Notes under the pieces: model-generated
What the model saw: the letters and a program-made list of their open reading frames with translations, nothing else
Database searches by the model: none
What the model was told of the DNA's origin: nothing
Shown: positions 1-10,273 of the stretch, piece by piece
Position numbering within the stretch: position 1 is the stretch's first letter
Layout of the letters: each line of letters starts with the position of its first letter
Translations under genes and position numbers: made by a program
Assembly (NCBI GenBank): GCA_035483835.1
Contig: DATHPO010000090.1
Location: 1,924 to 65,923 of the forward strand
DNA length: 64,000 bases
From: Terriglobales bacterium
GTDB taxonomy: Bacteria > Acidobacteriota > Terriglobia > Terriglobales > Acidobacteriaceae
Reading direction: 5' to 3'

Positions 1-1278
1 GAAGAACATGGAGTGAAGATCCTCCATATCTTTGAAACTCATCTCCACGCCGATTTTGTTTCCGGACACAAAGAACTTGCCGAACGCACCGGAGCCAAGA
101 TTTACATTGGAGCTCGGGCCGGTGCAAAGTTCACCCACATCGATTTGCAGGATGGCTTCGAGTTAGCCGTAGGCAAAGCCGTTCTCAAGGTGCTGGAAAC
201 GCCGGGACACACACCCGAAAGCATCTGCCTTCTAATAACGGACAAAGAAAAATCGGCCAAGCCGTGGGCGGTGCTGACCGGCGACACGCTCTTTCTCGGC
301 GATGTCGGCAGACCGGACCTCTCGAAGGCCCACACGCCCACCGAATTGGCGGGCATGCTCTTTGATAGTTTGCATCACAAACTGCTCGCGCTCCCTGACG
401 ACGTTCTCGTCTATCCGGCACACGGCGCCGGTTCGCTCTGCGGCCGTAACATGCGCGCCGAGCGGTCCTCCGCGATCGGAACCGAGAGGCTCACAAACTA
501 TGCCCTGCAGATCAAGAGTAGAGAAGAATTCATACGGCAACTGACCAGGAACTTGCCTACGCGTCCCGAATACTTTCTGCAGGACGCGGAGATAAATCGG
601 GAGGGAGCGTCCGCGCTTTCTGATCTCCACGAACTGCGCTCGATTTCTGCTCGCGAACTCAAGTCGATGCTGGACGAGGGAGTAGTCGCGCTCGATGTTC
701 GACCCGGCGACCAGTTCGCCAGTGGGCACGTTCCGGACTCGATCAACATTGCTCTGTCGGGCCAGTTTGCGTCCTGGGCAGGAACGGTTCTAGGTCTGTC
801 CGCTCGTCCGGTGCTGATCGCGGACTCTCCCGAACAGTTGTCTGAAGCGCGGCTGCGCTTGGCGCGAGTGGGTATTGAAGACGCACGTGGATATTTGAAC
901 GGTGGCGTCGAAACATGGAAACAAGCGGGATTTGAGCTCGCTGAATTGCCCCAGATTGACGCGCAAACTTTGCTTGATCGCACGCAAGCTGACGCGACTC
1001 AAGTGCTCGATGTGCGCCGCGAATCCGAGTGGCAAGCGGGACACGTCGAGGGCGCGGCCTGGTGGCCTCTCGACAATTTCAAGGTTTCCCCGCCAGAGAT
1101 CGACCGCAACCGGCCAATCGCCGTCCACTGCAAGAGCGGATACCGCAGCATGATCGCCTGTAGCCTTCTGCAACGCGCCGGTTTCCGAAACATCGCAAAC
1201 GTGATCGGCGGCTTTGACGCGTGGCAGCAGGCGAAGCTTCCGGTTCAGAGTGAAAGCGCAGTCGAGGCGCAGCGCTAA
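1..1278 (+). CDS. MBL-fold hydrolase (persulfide-dioxygenase-like) fused to two rhodanese domains; 5' end outside window
   Basis: HLHADFVSGH (HxHxDH) metal motif near the N-terminus. Two rhodanese-like segments, the last with a CKSGYRS active-site loop. The frame is open to base 1. Confidence 0.8.
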   Translation, partial: EEHGVKILHIFETHLHADFVSGHKELAERTGAKIYIGARAGAKFTHIDLQDGFELAVGKAVLKVLETPGHTPESICLLITDKEKSAKPWAVLTGDTLFLGDVGRPDLSKAHTPTELAGMLFDSLHHKLLALPDDVLVYPAHGAGSLCGRNMRAERSSAIGTERLTNYALQIKSREEFIRQLTRNLPTRPEYFLQDAEINREGASALSDLHELRSISARELKSMLDEGVVALDVRPGDQFASGHVPDSINIALSGQFASWAGTVLGLSARPVLIADSPEQLSEARLRLARVGIEDARGYLNGGVETWKQAGFELAELPQIDAQTLLDRTQADATQVLDVRRESEWQAGHVEGAAWWPLDNFKVSPPEIDRNRPIAVHCKSGYRSMIACSLLQRAGFRNIANVIGGFDAWQQAKLPVQSESAVEAQR

Positions 1279-1338
1279 AGCGGTTGCAAAGGCCCAGACG
1301 GTCAATTAAGCTAAACGTCTCCGCACCAGAAATCCCGC

Positions 1339-1377
1339 GCCGGGATGGCGGAACTGGCAGACGCAGCGGACTCAAAA
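1339..1377 (+). repeat. 39-nt copy of the 5' half of tRNA-Leu(CAA), acceptor stem to anticodon loop; identical to 11179-11217
   Basis: gccgggatggcggaactggcagacgcagcggactcaaaa is identical at both loci. Similarity stops in the anticodon loop, and AT-rich DNA follows at 1380-1440. Confidence 0.85.
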
Positions 1378-1507
1378 GCGGATGCTACCTATCTTTTAAG
1401 TATAAGTAAATAAACACGATAGTTGCGTTACAGGCAGACGCATCGGATTTTTAAGCCTTAAGTCGTTGTTAAGACAGGCGCTCCATTGCGACACACATTT
1501 CGGTGCC

Positions 1508-2935
1508 TTATTCAGGGTCTTCGCTGGAGTTGAGGTTTTCAACTTCTAACGGCTGGTCCGCGGCATCCAGACCGAGTTTTCGAATCTTTTCATAAAGCAG
1601 GCGCCGGTGAACGCCGAGACGACGAGCAGCTTCTGCTTTGTTACCGTCGCTTTGCTCCAGAGCCTGAGAAATCCGAAACTTCTCCCACTCTGCTACCGAA
1701 TCGTGTAGAGGAAGATTTGCTAGGGCTTCCATCCACTGTCCGTTTGTTTGAACAGACTGTTGCTCGAATTGCAAATGCTCGGCTAAGATCACACGATCGT
1801 TGGCCTGCAACAAGGCCCGTTCAACAATGTGCTCAAGTTCACGCACGTTTCCAGGGTACGAATACTGTTGCAGCGCGATCAGAGCCTCTTCTGAAAACCC
1901 CGCAGTAGGCCTCTTGCTCTTGCCGGCATAAACTTCGCGGAAGTGCTCCGCCAAAGGAACCACGTCCGAGCGGCGCTCTCGAAGAGGCGGTAGTGCGATC
2001 GTAAAAGCGTTGAGACGATAGTAGAGATCCTTGCGAAACTCGCCAGCTTTAATCAGTTCTCCAAGATCACCGTTGGTAGCGGCGATCGCACGAAAGTCGG
2101 AATGAATCGTGTCATTGCCGCCAACACGCGCGAAGGTTTGTTCCTGCAGGACCCGCAAAAGTTTAGATTGCAGACTAATGGGTAGTTCGCCGATTTCATC
2201 CAAGAAGATCGTGCCCCTATGGGCAACTTCGAACTTCCCCTCCTTCCGTGCGATTGCACCTGTGAATGCGCCGCGCTCATGGCCGAAAAGCTCCGACTCC
2301 AAGAGGTCGTCGGGAAGAGCGGCGCAGTTGACCGTGACGATCGGTCCATTTGCGCGCGAACTATTCTGATGAATCGCTCGGGCAACAAGCTCTTTTCCTG
2401 TCCCCGATTCTCCTCGGATTAGAACCGTCGTGTCGCTGGCGGCCACGCGACCGATATCCTTAAAAACGCCCAGCATCGCACGCGACGAACCGACAATTTC
2501 GCCCTGCTCCTTTCGGGGAGCCTTGAGGAGCCGCTGACGAAGTTCCTCGACTTCCTTCTGCAACCCGATATGTTGTAGGGCGCGTTTCGCAGTCGTGCAG
2601 ATTTCGTCGAGGTCGAAGGGTTTGGAGATGAAATCGTACGCGCCAAGTTGAATGGCTTTTATGGCGTTTCCACTGGTGCCGTACGCTGTCATAATAATGA
2701 CCGGAGGTTTTCGGCTCTCCTCCTGCCGCTGCAGTGCTTGTAGGAGTTCTTCTCCTCCGCCATCAGGCATTTTCCAATCGCAAAACACGAGGTCGAGATT
2801 TTGGTCACGTAGCATAGCCAGAGCATCAAGAGAATTCTCGGCTTCAACGATGTCATAGCCGCGCGAGGCGAGAATTTCCGCCAAGGTGACTCGAAGGTTT
2901 CGCTCGTCGTCAACGATCAGAATTCTGGCTTTCAT
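1508..2935 (-). CDS. sigma54-dependent response regulator (NtrC/ZraR family)
   Basis: Receiver domain (ILIVDDE...DWKMPD). AAA+ domain with GESGTGKE Walker A and the GAFTGA sigma54-contact loop. C-terminal Fis-type HTH. Confidence 0.9.
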   Translation of the reverse strand: MKARILIVDDERNLRVTLAEILASRGYDIVEAENSLDALAMLRDQNLDLVFCDWKMPDGGGEELLQALQRQEESRKPPVIIMTAYGTSGNAIKAIQLGAYDFISKPFDLDEICTTAKRALQHIGLQKEVEELRQRLLKAPRKEQGEIVGSSRAMLGVFKDIGRVAASDTTVLIRGESGTGKELVARAIHQNSSRANGPIVTVNCAALPDDLLESELFGHERGAFTGAIARKEGKFEVAHRGTIFLDEIGELPISLQSKLLRVLQEQTFARVGGNDTIHSDFRAIAATNGDLGELIKAGEFRKDLYYRLNAFTIALPPLRERRSDVVPLAEHFREVYAGKSKRPTAGFSEEALIALQQYSYPGNVRELEHIVERALLQANDRVILAEHLQFEQQSVQTNGQWMEALANLPLHDSVAEWEKFRISQALEQSDGNKAEAARRLGVHRRLLYEKIRKLGLDAADQPLEVENLNSSEDPE

Positions 2936-4512
2936 GCGTTCTCAATCTGCGTCGCCGCCATGCCGGCACCCGGAGTAGCGGGACCTGATGCGGGCAGCCG
3001 CACCGTAACAATCGTCCCCTTGGTCGGAGAAGAGCTGATCTCGGTTGTTCCTTCGTGAGCGTGGACGATTTCGTAAGTTATGGACAGTCCCAGCCCAATC
3101 CCCTTCGGCCGAGTTGTGAAAAAGGGATCAAATAACTTGTCGCGGATTTCTTCTGGGATGCCATGACCGTCGTCGCGACATTCGACTGTGACATACCCGT
3201 TTTGATCAAGAACACTGAGTTCGACCGTCCCCACCGGCTCCAGTGCGTCAATTGCGTTCGAAAGGATGTTGTCGAATACCTGAAACAGCTTCGAACGATC
3301 TCCCCGAATGATCACTGACGCGGTAGTGGCATCAAAGAGGAATCGTATCGTCTCGCTGCGAATCAGCGTTGCTTTCGCCTCGACACAATCGCGTAGCAGT
3401 AAGACCAGATCAAATGACTCGACCTCCAAGTTCAGAGGCCGGGAGAAGTAAAGAAGGCGTTCGACGATTCTATTCAGGCGATCAATTTCCTCCAACACCA
3501 TCGAACAACTCTGCTGCACTGCGCTGTCCGAAACCGCGCGTTGGTTCATCTGAGTGCGCAAGCGGATGGTCGCCAGGGGGTTTCGAAGTTCGTGGGCAAC
3601 GCCGGCAGCGACTTGTCCGAGGGCCGCAAGGCGCTCTTTATGGCGGAGTTGCTCACGAAGATCCCGCTCCTGCTCGATCTTCTGGCGCAGCGACTCGGCA
3701 AGCTGATTCACTCCTTGATAGATGCGCGCCAGTTCAGCGAGTCCCGAAAAGGGTTTCGCTGGCGAAGAGAAATCCCGATCCAACTCGTGCAATCGTTCTT
3801 CGATCTGGCTGACGCCCGATCCCAGATCACGGGCCACTAGAAAAGCCAAAAGCACACAAAGCAGAGACAGCGCGACAAAGGCAGCGGCACCGAGGCTGAG
3901 CGTCCGACCCTGCTGAGAACGCAAACTAGGCAGCCGCTTCATCACCCACGCGCTGCCGATGGGATTGCCCTTTACGACGATAGGGGCCGACTCGAAAACG
4001 ATTACGGTGCGGGCTCCTCTATATGTGTACGAAACCTCCTGATCTTGGCTGGCTGCGCGGCGGGCCACATCCTCGATCATTGGTCGTTCGATCGGGGGAA
4101 TGTCCCTCTTCACGCCAGGGCCCTCGTGCGTCGGGTACGCATACCCTAAAAGCCGATCAGAAGCCTTCGAGTAGAATCCGCCTTCGGTTCCCTGTTCATT
4201 CTTGAGCACTACGGTCGTCATCAAGGAAAGCACATCATCTGAACCTGAGGCATCAGGATTCTCAAGAGGGGGGAACTCCTGATGCTGTGTCTGAAAGTCC
4301 TCATGACTGCTGTAATCGCGAGCTATCGTAACGGCCAGAGCAGAGAGGCGCCGCTGAGTATCTCCGGTGACGGCACTTTGCCTGTTTTGCAATATCAAGA
4401 CAAACGCGAACCCGCAGCCGATCAATAAGGCAATTACTAACGACGCAAGGATTGCCACGCGCGTTCGTACGCTGGCCAGCCACCAGATTCGTTGTGTCTG
4501 CCAATTCGTCAT
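2932..4512 (-). CDS. sensor histidine kinase (two TM segments, periplasmic domain, HAMP, HisKA, HATPase)
   Basis: H-box HELRNPLATI and C-terminal ATPase G-boxes. 4-nt ATGA overlap with the downstream regulator. Confidence 0.85.
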   Translation of the reverse strand: MTNWQTQRIWWLASVRTRVAILASLVIALLIGCGFAFVLILQNRQSAVTGDTQRRLSALAVTIARDYSSHEDFQTQHQEFPPLENPDASGSDDVLSLMTTVVLKNEQGTEGGFYSKASDRLLGYAYPTHEGPGVKRDIPPIERPMIEDVARRAASQDQEVSYTYRGARTVIVFESAPIVVKGNPIGSAWVMKRLPSLRSQQGRTLSLGAAAFVALSLLCVLLAFLVARDLGSGVSQIEERLHELDRDFSSPAKPFSGLAELARIYQGVNQLAESLRQKIEQERDLREQLRHKERLAALGQVAAGVAHELRNPLATIRLRTQMNQRAVSDSAVQQSCSMVLEEIDRLNRIVERLLYFSRPLNLEVESFDLVLLLRDCVEAKATLIRSETIRFLFDATTASVIIRGDRSKLFQVFDNILSNAIDALEPVGTVELSVLDQNGYVTVECRDDGHGIPEEIRDKLFDPFFTTRPKGIGLGLSITYEIVHAHEGTTEISSSPTKGTIVTVRLPASGPATPGAGMAATQIENA

Positions 4513-4616
4513 TCGTAGCTGGACCGTCCGTGCCCCGGTTTGGAGGCTCGCCGCGCCAGTTAGATGCTGGAAGAAGATTCACGAGGTCCGAAAGAATCGG
4601 CCGCGCGGCTTTGTCC

Positions 4617-4940
4617 TCAGACCCCTGGTACATTCTCATGCCGGTCCAGATCGTTTGCAATGCGAAGATATTCCTCTCGCGAAATCTGCCCCTTCGCGTA
4701 ACGCTCCCGGAGAATCTCGAAGGCCTGAGACCGGCTTTTGTCGTATGTGTGGAAGAAAGCCGCAAACTTGGAGCGGCTGAGCCACCCTCCAGCGGCGACA
4801 ATAATAGCGAAAAGAGCAATCCACTCAAATCCCGGACCTAAACCCGGCAGAGGCGGTCCCGGAGCGAGAAGACTGGGACCGCAGTTCGCGACCGTCAGCA
4901 TTAACAACACGATTGTCAGGTAGGTCAAAGTGCGTCTCAT
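4617..4940 (-). CDS. small membrane or lipoprotein-like protein with C-terminal SHOCT domain
   Basis: Signal/TM segment with LTVANC. C-terminal RERYAKGQISREEYLRIANDL matches the SHOCT short oligomerisation motif. Confidence 0.6.
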   Translation of the reverse strand: MRRTLTYLTIVLLMLTVANCGPSLLAPGPPLPGLGPGFEWIALFAIIVAAGGWLSRSKFAAFFHTYDKSRSQAFEILRERYAKGQISREEYLRIANDLDRHENVPGV

Positions 4941-4981
4941 AATGTGCTCCCGCGGTTTCCTACTAACAGGAACGCCATTCT

Positions 4982-5812
4982 TTACGGACTATTTCCTCCA
5001 GGGCCGGGCGGTGGTGGTGGCGCGGCTCCGTTATCCGCGTCAGGAGGCGGCGGAGGCGCTCCGGGTCCACCCGGCGGTGGAGGTGGCGGCCCAGGTCTGC
5101 CCGCGGGGCCGGCGGGAACTATGCCGGAGGCGATCAGATAGCGATTCTGAAGGTGGTCTGCAGCGTGTGCGATCGCATCGGATGCACGAGCAGCGGAGGA
5201 GGCTTCACGGGGACTTTGCGATAGCGAGGCTTGCGCTCGCTGTTGGAGCTGCTGGCTCAGAGTCAACAAGTCGCGTACGCGGCGTGTGGTTTCAGCGGGT
5301 ATCACGTTCGCGTAACTACTTGCATTTTGCACTTGCAAGATCGTGCCTCCAGCGCGGGCGATTTCGTCATTCGCACGAAAAGCATCTTCGGCTACACCTT
5401 GCTGGCGTGGCGGTGCAGTGATTCCGGCGGCATTGCTAGAACCGATGCTGCTCATCGCCATCGTCTCTGCCGCGTGAGCCATATCATCGGCCGCTGCCGC
5501 CAGTTCGCGGGCTCCGATGTAATCGAACGCTTGATAACGGCTCAGAGCTTCTTGGTAGAAGGCTTTGCCGTCCGCAATGACACGGTTTAGAGAGATGCCG
5601 CTCGCGGTTCCTTTCGCTGCTTCCACAAGCGCGGTTGAGCGGTTGAGTCCGTCATAAGCACGCTGCATCGCATCTTGCACGTCAATCTGAGCGTCTTGTG
5701 CAGCCATACCGGGCCCGCGCGGTCCCCCGCCTCTCGGACCACGTTGTGCGAATCCGGTCACGCATCCAGCCATGATCACGAACATAATCAGTTGTGCTAG
5801 TCGTTGTCTCAC
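4982..5812 (-). CDS. secreted helical protein with Pro/Gly-rich C-terminal tail (function unknown; possible ZraP/CpxP-like accessory)
   Basis: GTG start 6 nt after AAGGAG, and a signal-like N-terminus. One LTxxQ motif (LTLSQ). Tail is GPPPPPPGGPGAPPPPP...PPPPPGPGG. Confidence 0.55.
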   Translation of the reverse strand: MRQRLAQLIMFVIMAGCVTGFAQRGPRGGGPRGPGMAAQDAQIDVQDAMQRAYDGLNRSTALVEAAKGTASGISLNRVIADGKAFYQEALSRYQAFDYIGARELAAAADDMAHAAETMAMSSIGSSNAAGITAPPRQQGVAEDAFRANDEIARAGGTILQVQNASSYANVIPAETTRRVRDLLTLSQQLQQRAQASLSQSPREASSAARASDAIAHAADHLQNRYLIASGIVPAGPAGRPGPPPPPPGGPGAPPPPPDADNGAAPPPPPGPGGNSP

Positions 5813-5859
5813 AATGAACTCCTTACGTCCCGTAGTTGATATTGCCTGTCTTCCTTAAG

Positions 5860-5876
5860 AGCACGGAGAGTGCCAG
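5860..5876 (-). promoter_or_regulatory. sigma54 (-24/-12) promoter CTGGCACTCTCCGTGCT upstream of the 4982-5812 operon
   Basis: On the minus strand, TGGCAC-N5-GTGCT has the canonical GG-N10-GC spacing. It lies about 45 nt upstream of the GTG start, in an operon that encodes a sigma54 activator. Confidence 0.6.
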
Positions 5877-6131
5877 AACTGGAAATCCTCAGATGGTGAG
5901 TAGAATCAGGTATTTGCGCACGCTGTTGTCGCTTTTTTCTTCTGCGAGTGATCCCAACGCGGACGTCTGAATGAGCGGAAGACGCACGCACAGACGCTGT
6001 TGACCAGTGTGAAATGTGACCGGAGATTGGCCTTGCCATGAGAAAGGGAGAGAATTGCAGAGGAAATCAAGCAGCCTAGAACTTCGCGATGAGGGTGACT
6101 CCGCCAACGAGCAGCAGGCCTCCGACGATTC

Positions 6132-6521
6132 TCAGATGTTTAGCGGGTGATAAGCCATCCTGAACCAGCCGAAATGATCGATCACCAACGACATGATGAG
6201 GGCAGCGGTCACGGTCAAGCCCACGAATGGGCCGGCTCCCACCTTCGTGACAAGCGTAAGTCCCGCGTAAACTTGTACGGCTCCAACCAATCCTCCGATG
6301 ACGGCCCACCACGGAAGTGATGCGAGGTCTTTCGACGTGGGCAGAGGATGGGGCATGATCAGGGTCGCTCCGGCAAAGAAAAAAGTGGTGAGCGCAAACG
6401 ATACTGCTGAAGCCAGCCAAGGATTCATAATGTACTTGTTAAACTGACCGTTCATCGCAGCTCCACAGGATTGCAGAGCTCCGCCCAAAATGATGAATGG
6501 AATTATCCAGCTAGCGTTCAT
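6132..6521 (-). CDS. small DMT-superfamily membrane protein (DUF606/YdcZ-like)
   Basis: About 130 aa with four to five hydrophobic helices. ATG at 6521 is preceded by GGGGAGGATAAAGGA. Confidence 0.55.
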   Translation of the reverse strand: MNASWIIPFIILGGALQSCGAAMNGQFNKYIMNPWLASAVSFALTTFFFAGATLIMPHPLPTSKDLASLPWWAVIGGLVGAVQVYAGLTLVTKVGAGPFVGLTVTAALIMSLVIDHFGWFRMAYHPLNI

Positions 6522-6561
6522 TCCTTTATCCTCCCCGCGCACTTCGTTAGTGAACCGACGA

Positions 6562-7842
6562 CTAAGAACTGTGGAAAAACATCTGCATCAAGATCGCTCC
6601 GCCCAGTGACGCCAATAGAGCGACCGGCATCGCCACCACTCCAACCTTGAGAAAATCCCAGAAACTCACGTCGAGCTTTTCCTTACGCAAGGCGATCAGC
6701 CATAAGATCGTCGCGAGCGAACCTGTAATGGAAAGATTCGGTCCCAGGTCGACACCGATGAGTACGACGTCGGCGATCAGACCCTTGGCGTGCGCCGCCT
6801 GCAGTGTGCTCCCAGCGATCAGGCCAAGCGGCAGATTGTTAACCAAGTTGTTCGCTACACCAACGGCAAATCCCGTAATCAATGTGCCCGTCGTCGATCC
6901 CAGCGTTTGGGCCCGGGTCAGCCACTCCCGAGTCTGTTGCATTGCGCCGACGCTTTCCATCGCGTCGACGATTACGAAGAGACCTGCTACGAGGGCCAGG
7001 GTTGCCCAACTGATCTCGCGTGCAAGTCCCAAGGGATTCGATCGCGTCTTGATGGAGACCACCGCTGTGATCACGAGAGCAGCTAAGCAGGTTGGTAGTC
7101 CCAGATCCTTACCCAGCGAGGAGGTTGTTAACAGGACAGCTACCATACCGGCCAATCCGCCCAGCACCAGAAGGCCCTCACTTCTCAGTGGCTTTGCTTC
7201 CACCTCGCCTTCAATGGCGTCGCAGAGTTCTTTTCGAAAGAGCCAGCGCATTGTGATGAATGTGGCAGCGATCGAGAGAAGAGACGGAACGCCATAGGAC
7301 AAGAGCCATCGCCCAAGCGGCGGCATTTGATTGTGAAACACAACCAGGTTCGCTGGATTGGAAATTGGCAGAAGGAACGACGCCGCATTCGCGATAAAGG
7401 CGCAAACGAATAGATGAGGCAAGGGCTCGACCTTGGCCTTCCGCACTGCTGTCAAAATTGCCGGGGTCAGAACCACTGCCGTCGCGTCATTCGACATGAA
7501 GATAGTGACGATTGTGCCGACGCCATAGACCAGCGCGAACAGTCTTGAGCAAGAACCACGGGCGCCCCGCACGGCCACCGATGAAAGCCAGTCGAAGACT
7601 CCATGCTCGCGTGCGAGTTCAGAAAGTAACATCATGCCGATGAGAAAGAGGCACACATCCAATGCTTTCGCGGCAGCTCGGGCCGCGAGTTGCAGAGGCA
7701 CTAGTCGGAGGAAGAGTAATAGGAGCACTCCGCCCGCAATCCAGTACACTTCCGAAATATTGCGCGGCCGGATTAACATCAGCAAGATGCTAACGCCGAC
7801 GATGAGCGACAGGAGAATGTGCGCAAGCGGGGGCGAGTTCAT
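6562..7842 (-). CDS. ArsB/NhaD-superfamily anion permease
   Basis: 426-aa polytopic protein with the repeated-half architecture typical of ArsB/CitMHS-like permeases. Abuts the upstream gene's stop codon. Confidence 0.65.
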   Translation of the reverse strand: MNSPPLAHILLSLIVGVSILLMLIRPRNISEVYWIAGGVLLLLFLRLVPLQLAARAAAKALDVCLFLIGMMLLSELAREHGVFDWLSSVAVRGARGSCSRLFALVYGVGTIVTIFMSNDATAVVLTPAILTAVRKAKVEPLPHLFVCAFIANAASFLLPISNPANLVVFHNQMPPLGRWLLSYGVPSLLSIAATFITMRWLFRKELCDAIEGEVEAKPLRSEGLLVLGGLAGMVAVLLTTSSLGKDLGLPTCLAALVITAVVSIKTRSNPLGLAREISWATLALVAGLFVIVDAMESVGAMQQTREWLTRAQTLGSTTGTLITGFAVGVANNLVNNLPLGLIAGSTLQAAHAKGLIADVVLIGVDLGPNLSITGSLATILWLIALRKEKLDVSFWDFLKVGVVAMPVALLASLGGAILMQMFFHSS

Positions 7843-9005
7843 CTACCACTTTCTCCCGTTTTTATTCGGCCCCAATTGCGTGCCTAAGATCCCGTGCACC
7901 GGCCACGCTCCGATTGCGTTCTCGTTGTCAACGGGGTTTCTATTGGGTGGTTTCCACCGTCCGGACGAAGGGTTGGTGACCACTCGGATGGTATCCTCGG
8001 CTGATTTTCCGTAGTCATCCTCGAAGCGCGCGGTTAATAGATTGATCCCGTAGGGAAGTCGGTCAGTTTGTATGGTCGCCTGCCAAACGGCGGAATTTTC
8101 AATCTGTTCAAGATCAACTCTGTGGTCACCAATCTCCGCATAACCGCGCAGCAACTTTCTGTCGCTCCAAGCTTTAACGCGGACTGGCATCTTGACCACA
8201 GTTCGTGGCGTCACCTGTGGGTTCGTAAGGAGTCTTTCGTCACCTGGAGAGGTGATCATCACGAAAGGCCATTCGCCGAGGGGCTTGAAGCGCCAGCTCA
8301 CAACGTCGTGGTCGAGATTGGTGATCGAGAATCCGACAGGACCCTCCTCGATTTGTCCCGTCGAGCACGTGGCCGTGTACAAAGTGTGCCCATCATTCGC
8401 AATCTCGTTATAGTGTGTGTGTCCCATGTCGACGAGAAGCGCGGCGTACTTTTTCATAAGATTGCGCAGCGGAGAAGAAAATTTGCCAAGCTCGCTCGGG
8501 TAGCAGTGAAGGAACAGTACGCTGCGCTTTGGGCAGCAGCAATTGCTTCCAGTTCCTGCTCCAGCCAGTAAAGTTGCTCCTCGGAAATGTCAAATATTTT
8601 CGGGGCTTCGGAAGCGAAGGCATCGAGCGCCAGAAAACTGTAAGAGCCGAGATCGAACCGATAGAAAGCCGCCGACATCATGTAGCGTTTGAAATTGTCG
8701 TGGCTCTTCAAATGAACGTCGTGATCTCCTACGATCGCGAACCAGGGCAAGTTGAGTTGGTCCAGTCCTTGGCGCACAAGTTCATATTCTTCAACCCCTC
8801 CATGATCCGCGTTGTCCCCCGGCAGATACGCAAAGTTCAGAGAATCGGCCATGACTCGATTCACTTCCTCGATCAAGGACACAAAATCACGATAGTTTTG
8901 TTCATGTCGAGTGGTCATGTGCAAATCACCGAAATGAACCCACGAAACAATTTCGGATCGGCCGCTCAACCTAGGCGCGCGGCGTTCTATTGAGGCGGAT
9001 GTCAT
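7843..9005 (-). pseudogene. metallophosphoesterase split by a 1-nt frameshift near 8528-8533
   Basis: ORF 8454-9005 carries the GDLH, GDNADHG and GDHD motifs. ORF 7843-8457 carries GHTHYNE. The second frame, read upstream of its ATG, gives KRSVLFLHCYPSELG, which continues the first ORF. Confidence 0.7.
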
Positions 9006-10273
9006 TGGGCGAAAGCTTCCTTCGGCGATGTTGGATCAATTTCGAGACCAGATGTTGGGGTAGCGGAAGTCATGGAGAGGGTTTCAGGGATCGCGAACCA
9101 AAGCACGCCAAAGGCGAGCAACGCGATCCCAGATAATCCAAGAAAGGATGATCGGTACCCGAGATGCTCGATCAATACGCCACCGATTGTTGTACTCAAG
9201 GCCGCCCCGATGCCAACCATCGTCGCGAGGCATCCAGCAGCCACATTGAAGCGTCCCGTGCCTTGGGTCCTGTCTTTGACAACCAGGATCGAGACAATGC
9301 CGAATATGGCATTCGCCACTCCGTCTAGGGTCTGAATCGCGATCAGCGCTCCGACAGCGTGTGTAAGGGTATAGAGAACTCCGCGAATGGGAAGCACACC
9401 GAAGCCGAGCAGTAATAGAGTTTTTCGTCCCTTCGCAGCAGCCCGCCTTCCGATCCACGCAGCAGAGATTGCTATTACAACCTGTGTCACGATAATGCAG
9501 GCGGACATAAATGGAGCCGCCGCCTTCAGATTGTCTTTCGAAAGCATCTCTCCCAGTTCCGGTAACATCGCCGCGTTCGCTAAATGGAAAAGAAAGGCCG
9601 TCGCCAGGAAATAAACGAGAATGCGGTCCTTGAGAAGAGCAGACCATCCTTCGGCGTTAATCTTGCCTTCCTTTTGGATTGCCCCGCGAGCGCGGGCATA
9701 GTCGATCTGTTTGGCATCGATGCCAAACAGAGACGCGGCAGCAGGAATGGCGAGCAAGGCAGCTACGGCGAATATCGCGCGGTATCCGAATTGGTAGCTC
9801 ACGTAGGCGACAAGCAACGCGGTGAAGACATTCCCGGCGGCATTGAAGGATTGATTCTTGCCGAACTGCTTGTCAAAAGCCGCAGCCCCAACGATCCCGA
9901 GTGTGATCGCTGCGACTGTGGGTCCCAAGAACGGACCTGAAGCACCGATTAGGAACTGCGCGGAATAGGCCCTCCAAGGGCTCAGATGCCCCATGAGCAA
10001 CAAGGCCCCAGCAACTAAGAAACTAAGGTTTACCGCGAGCAACGTCCGTTTGCGATGTACCGTGTCGATGACCGCGCCGGCTGGAGTCTGCATCGCGACC
10101 CCGACCAACCCACCGAAAGTCAGCGCGTAGCCCACGCTGCTGGGATTCCATCCACTAGAAGCAAGATAGGCAGCCAAGAAGGGACCGAGACCGGTCTGCA
10201 CGTCAGCGAGAAAGAAGTTCAGCCATTCGAGGGCCCGCATACTTCGCTGTTTGCCTGGTGCCTTATTGCTCAC
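9002..10273 (-). CDS. MFS transporter
   Basis: 423 aa, 12 predicted helices, MFS-like loop motifs. ATGA overlap with the downstream phosphoesterase. Confidence 0.8.
   Translation of the reverse strand: MSNKAPGKQRSMRALEWLNFFLADVQTGLGPFLAAYLASSGWNPSSVGYALTFGGLVGVAMQTPAGAVIDTVHRKRTLLAVNLSFLVAGALLLMGHLSPWRAYSAQFLIGASGPFLGPTVAAITLGIVGAAAFDKQFGKNQSFNAAGNVFTALLVAYVSYQFGYRAIFAVAALLAIPAAASLFGIDAKQIDYARARGAIQKEGKINAEGWSALLKDRILVYFLATAFLFHLANAAMLPELGEMLSKDNLKAAAPFMSACIIVTQVVIAISAAWIGRRAAAKGRKTLLLLGFGVLPIRGVLYTLTHAVGALIAIQTLDGVANAIFGIVSILVVKDRTQGTGRFNVAAGCLATMVGIGAALSTTIGGVLIEHLGYRSSFLGLSGIALLAFGVLWFAIPETLSMTSATPTSGLEIDPTSPKEAFAQ

Noticed and set aside
1410-1423. 14-mer aaataaacacgata shared with 10886-10899, near the two tRNA-Leu copies
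   Set aside because: It is not collinear with the tRNA repeat, and flanking similarity is marginal. Several chance 14-mer matches are expected in 64 kb.
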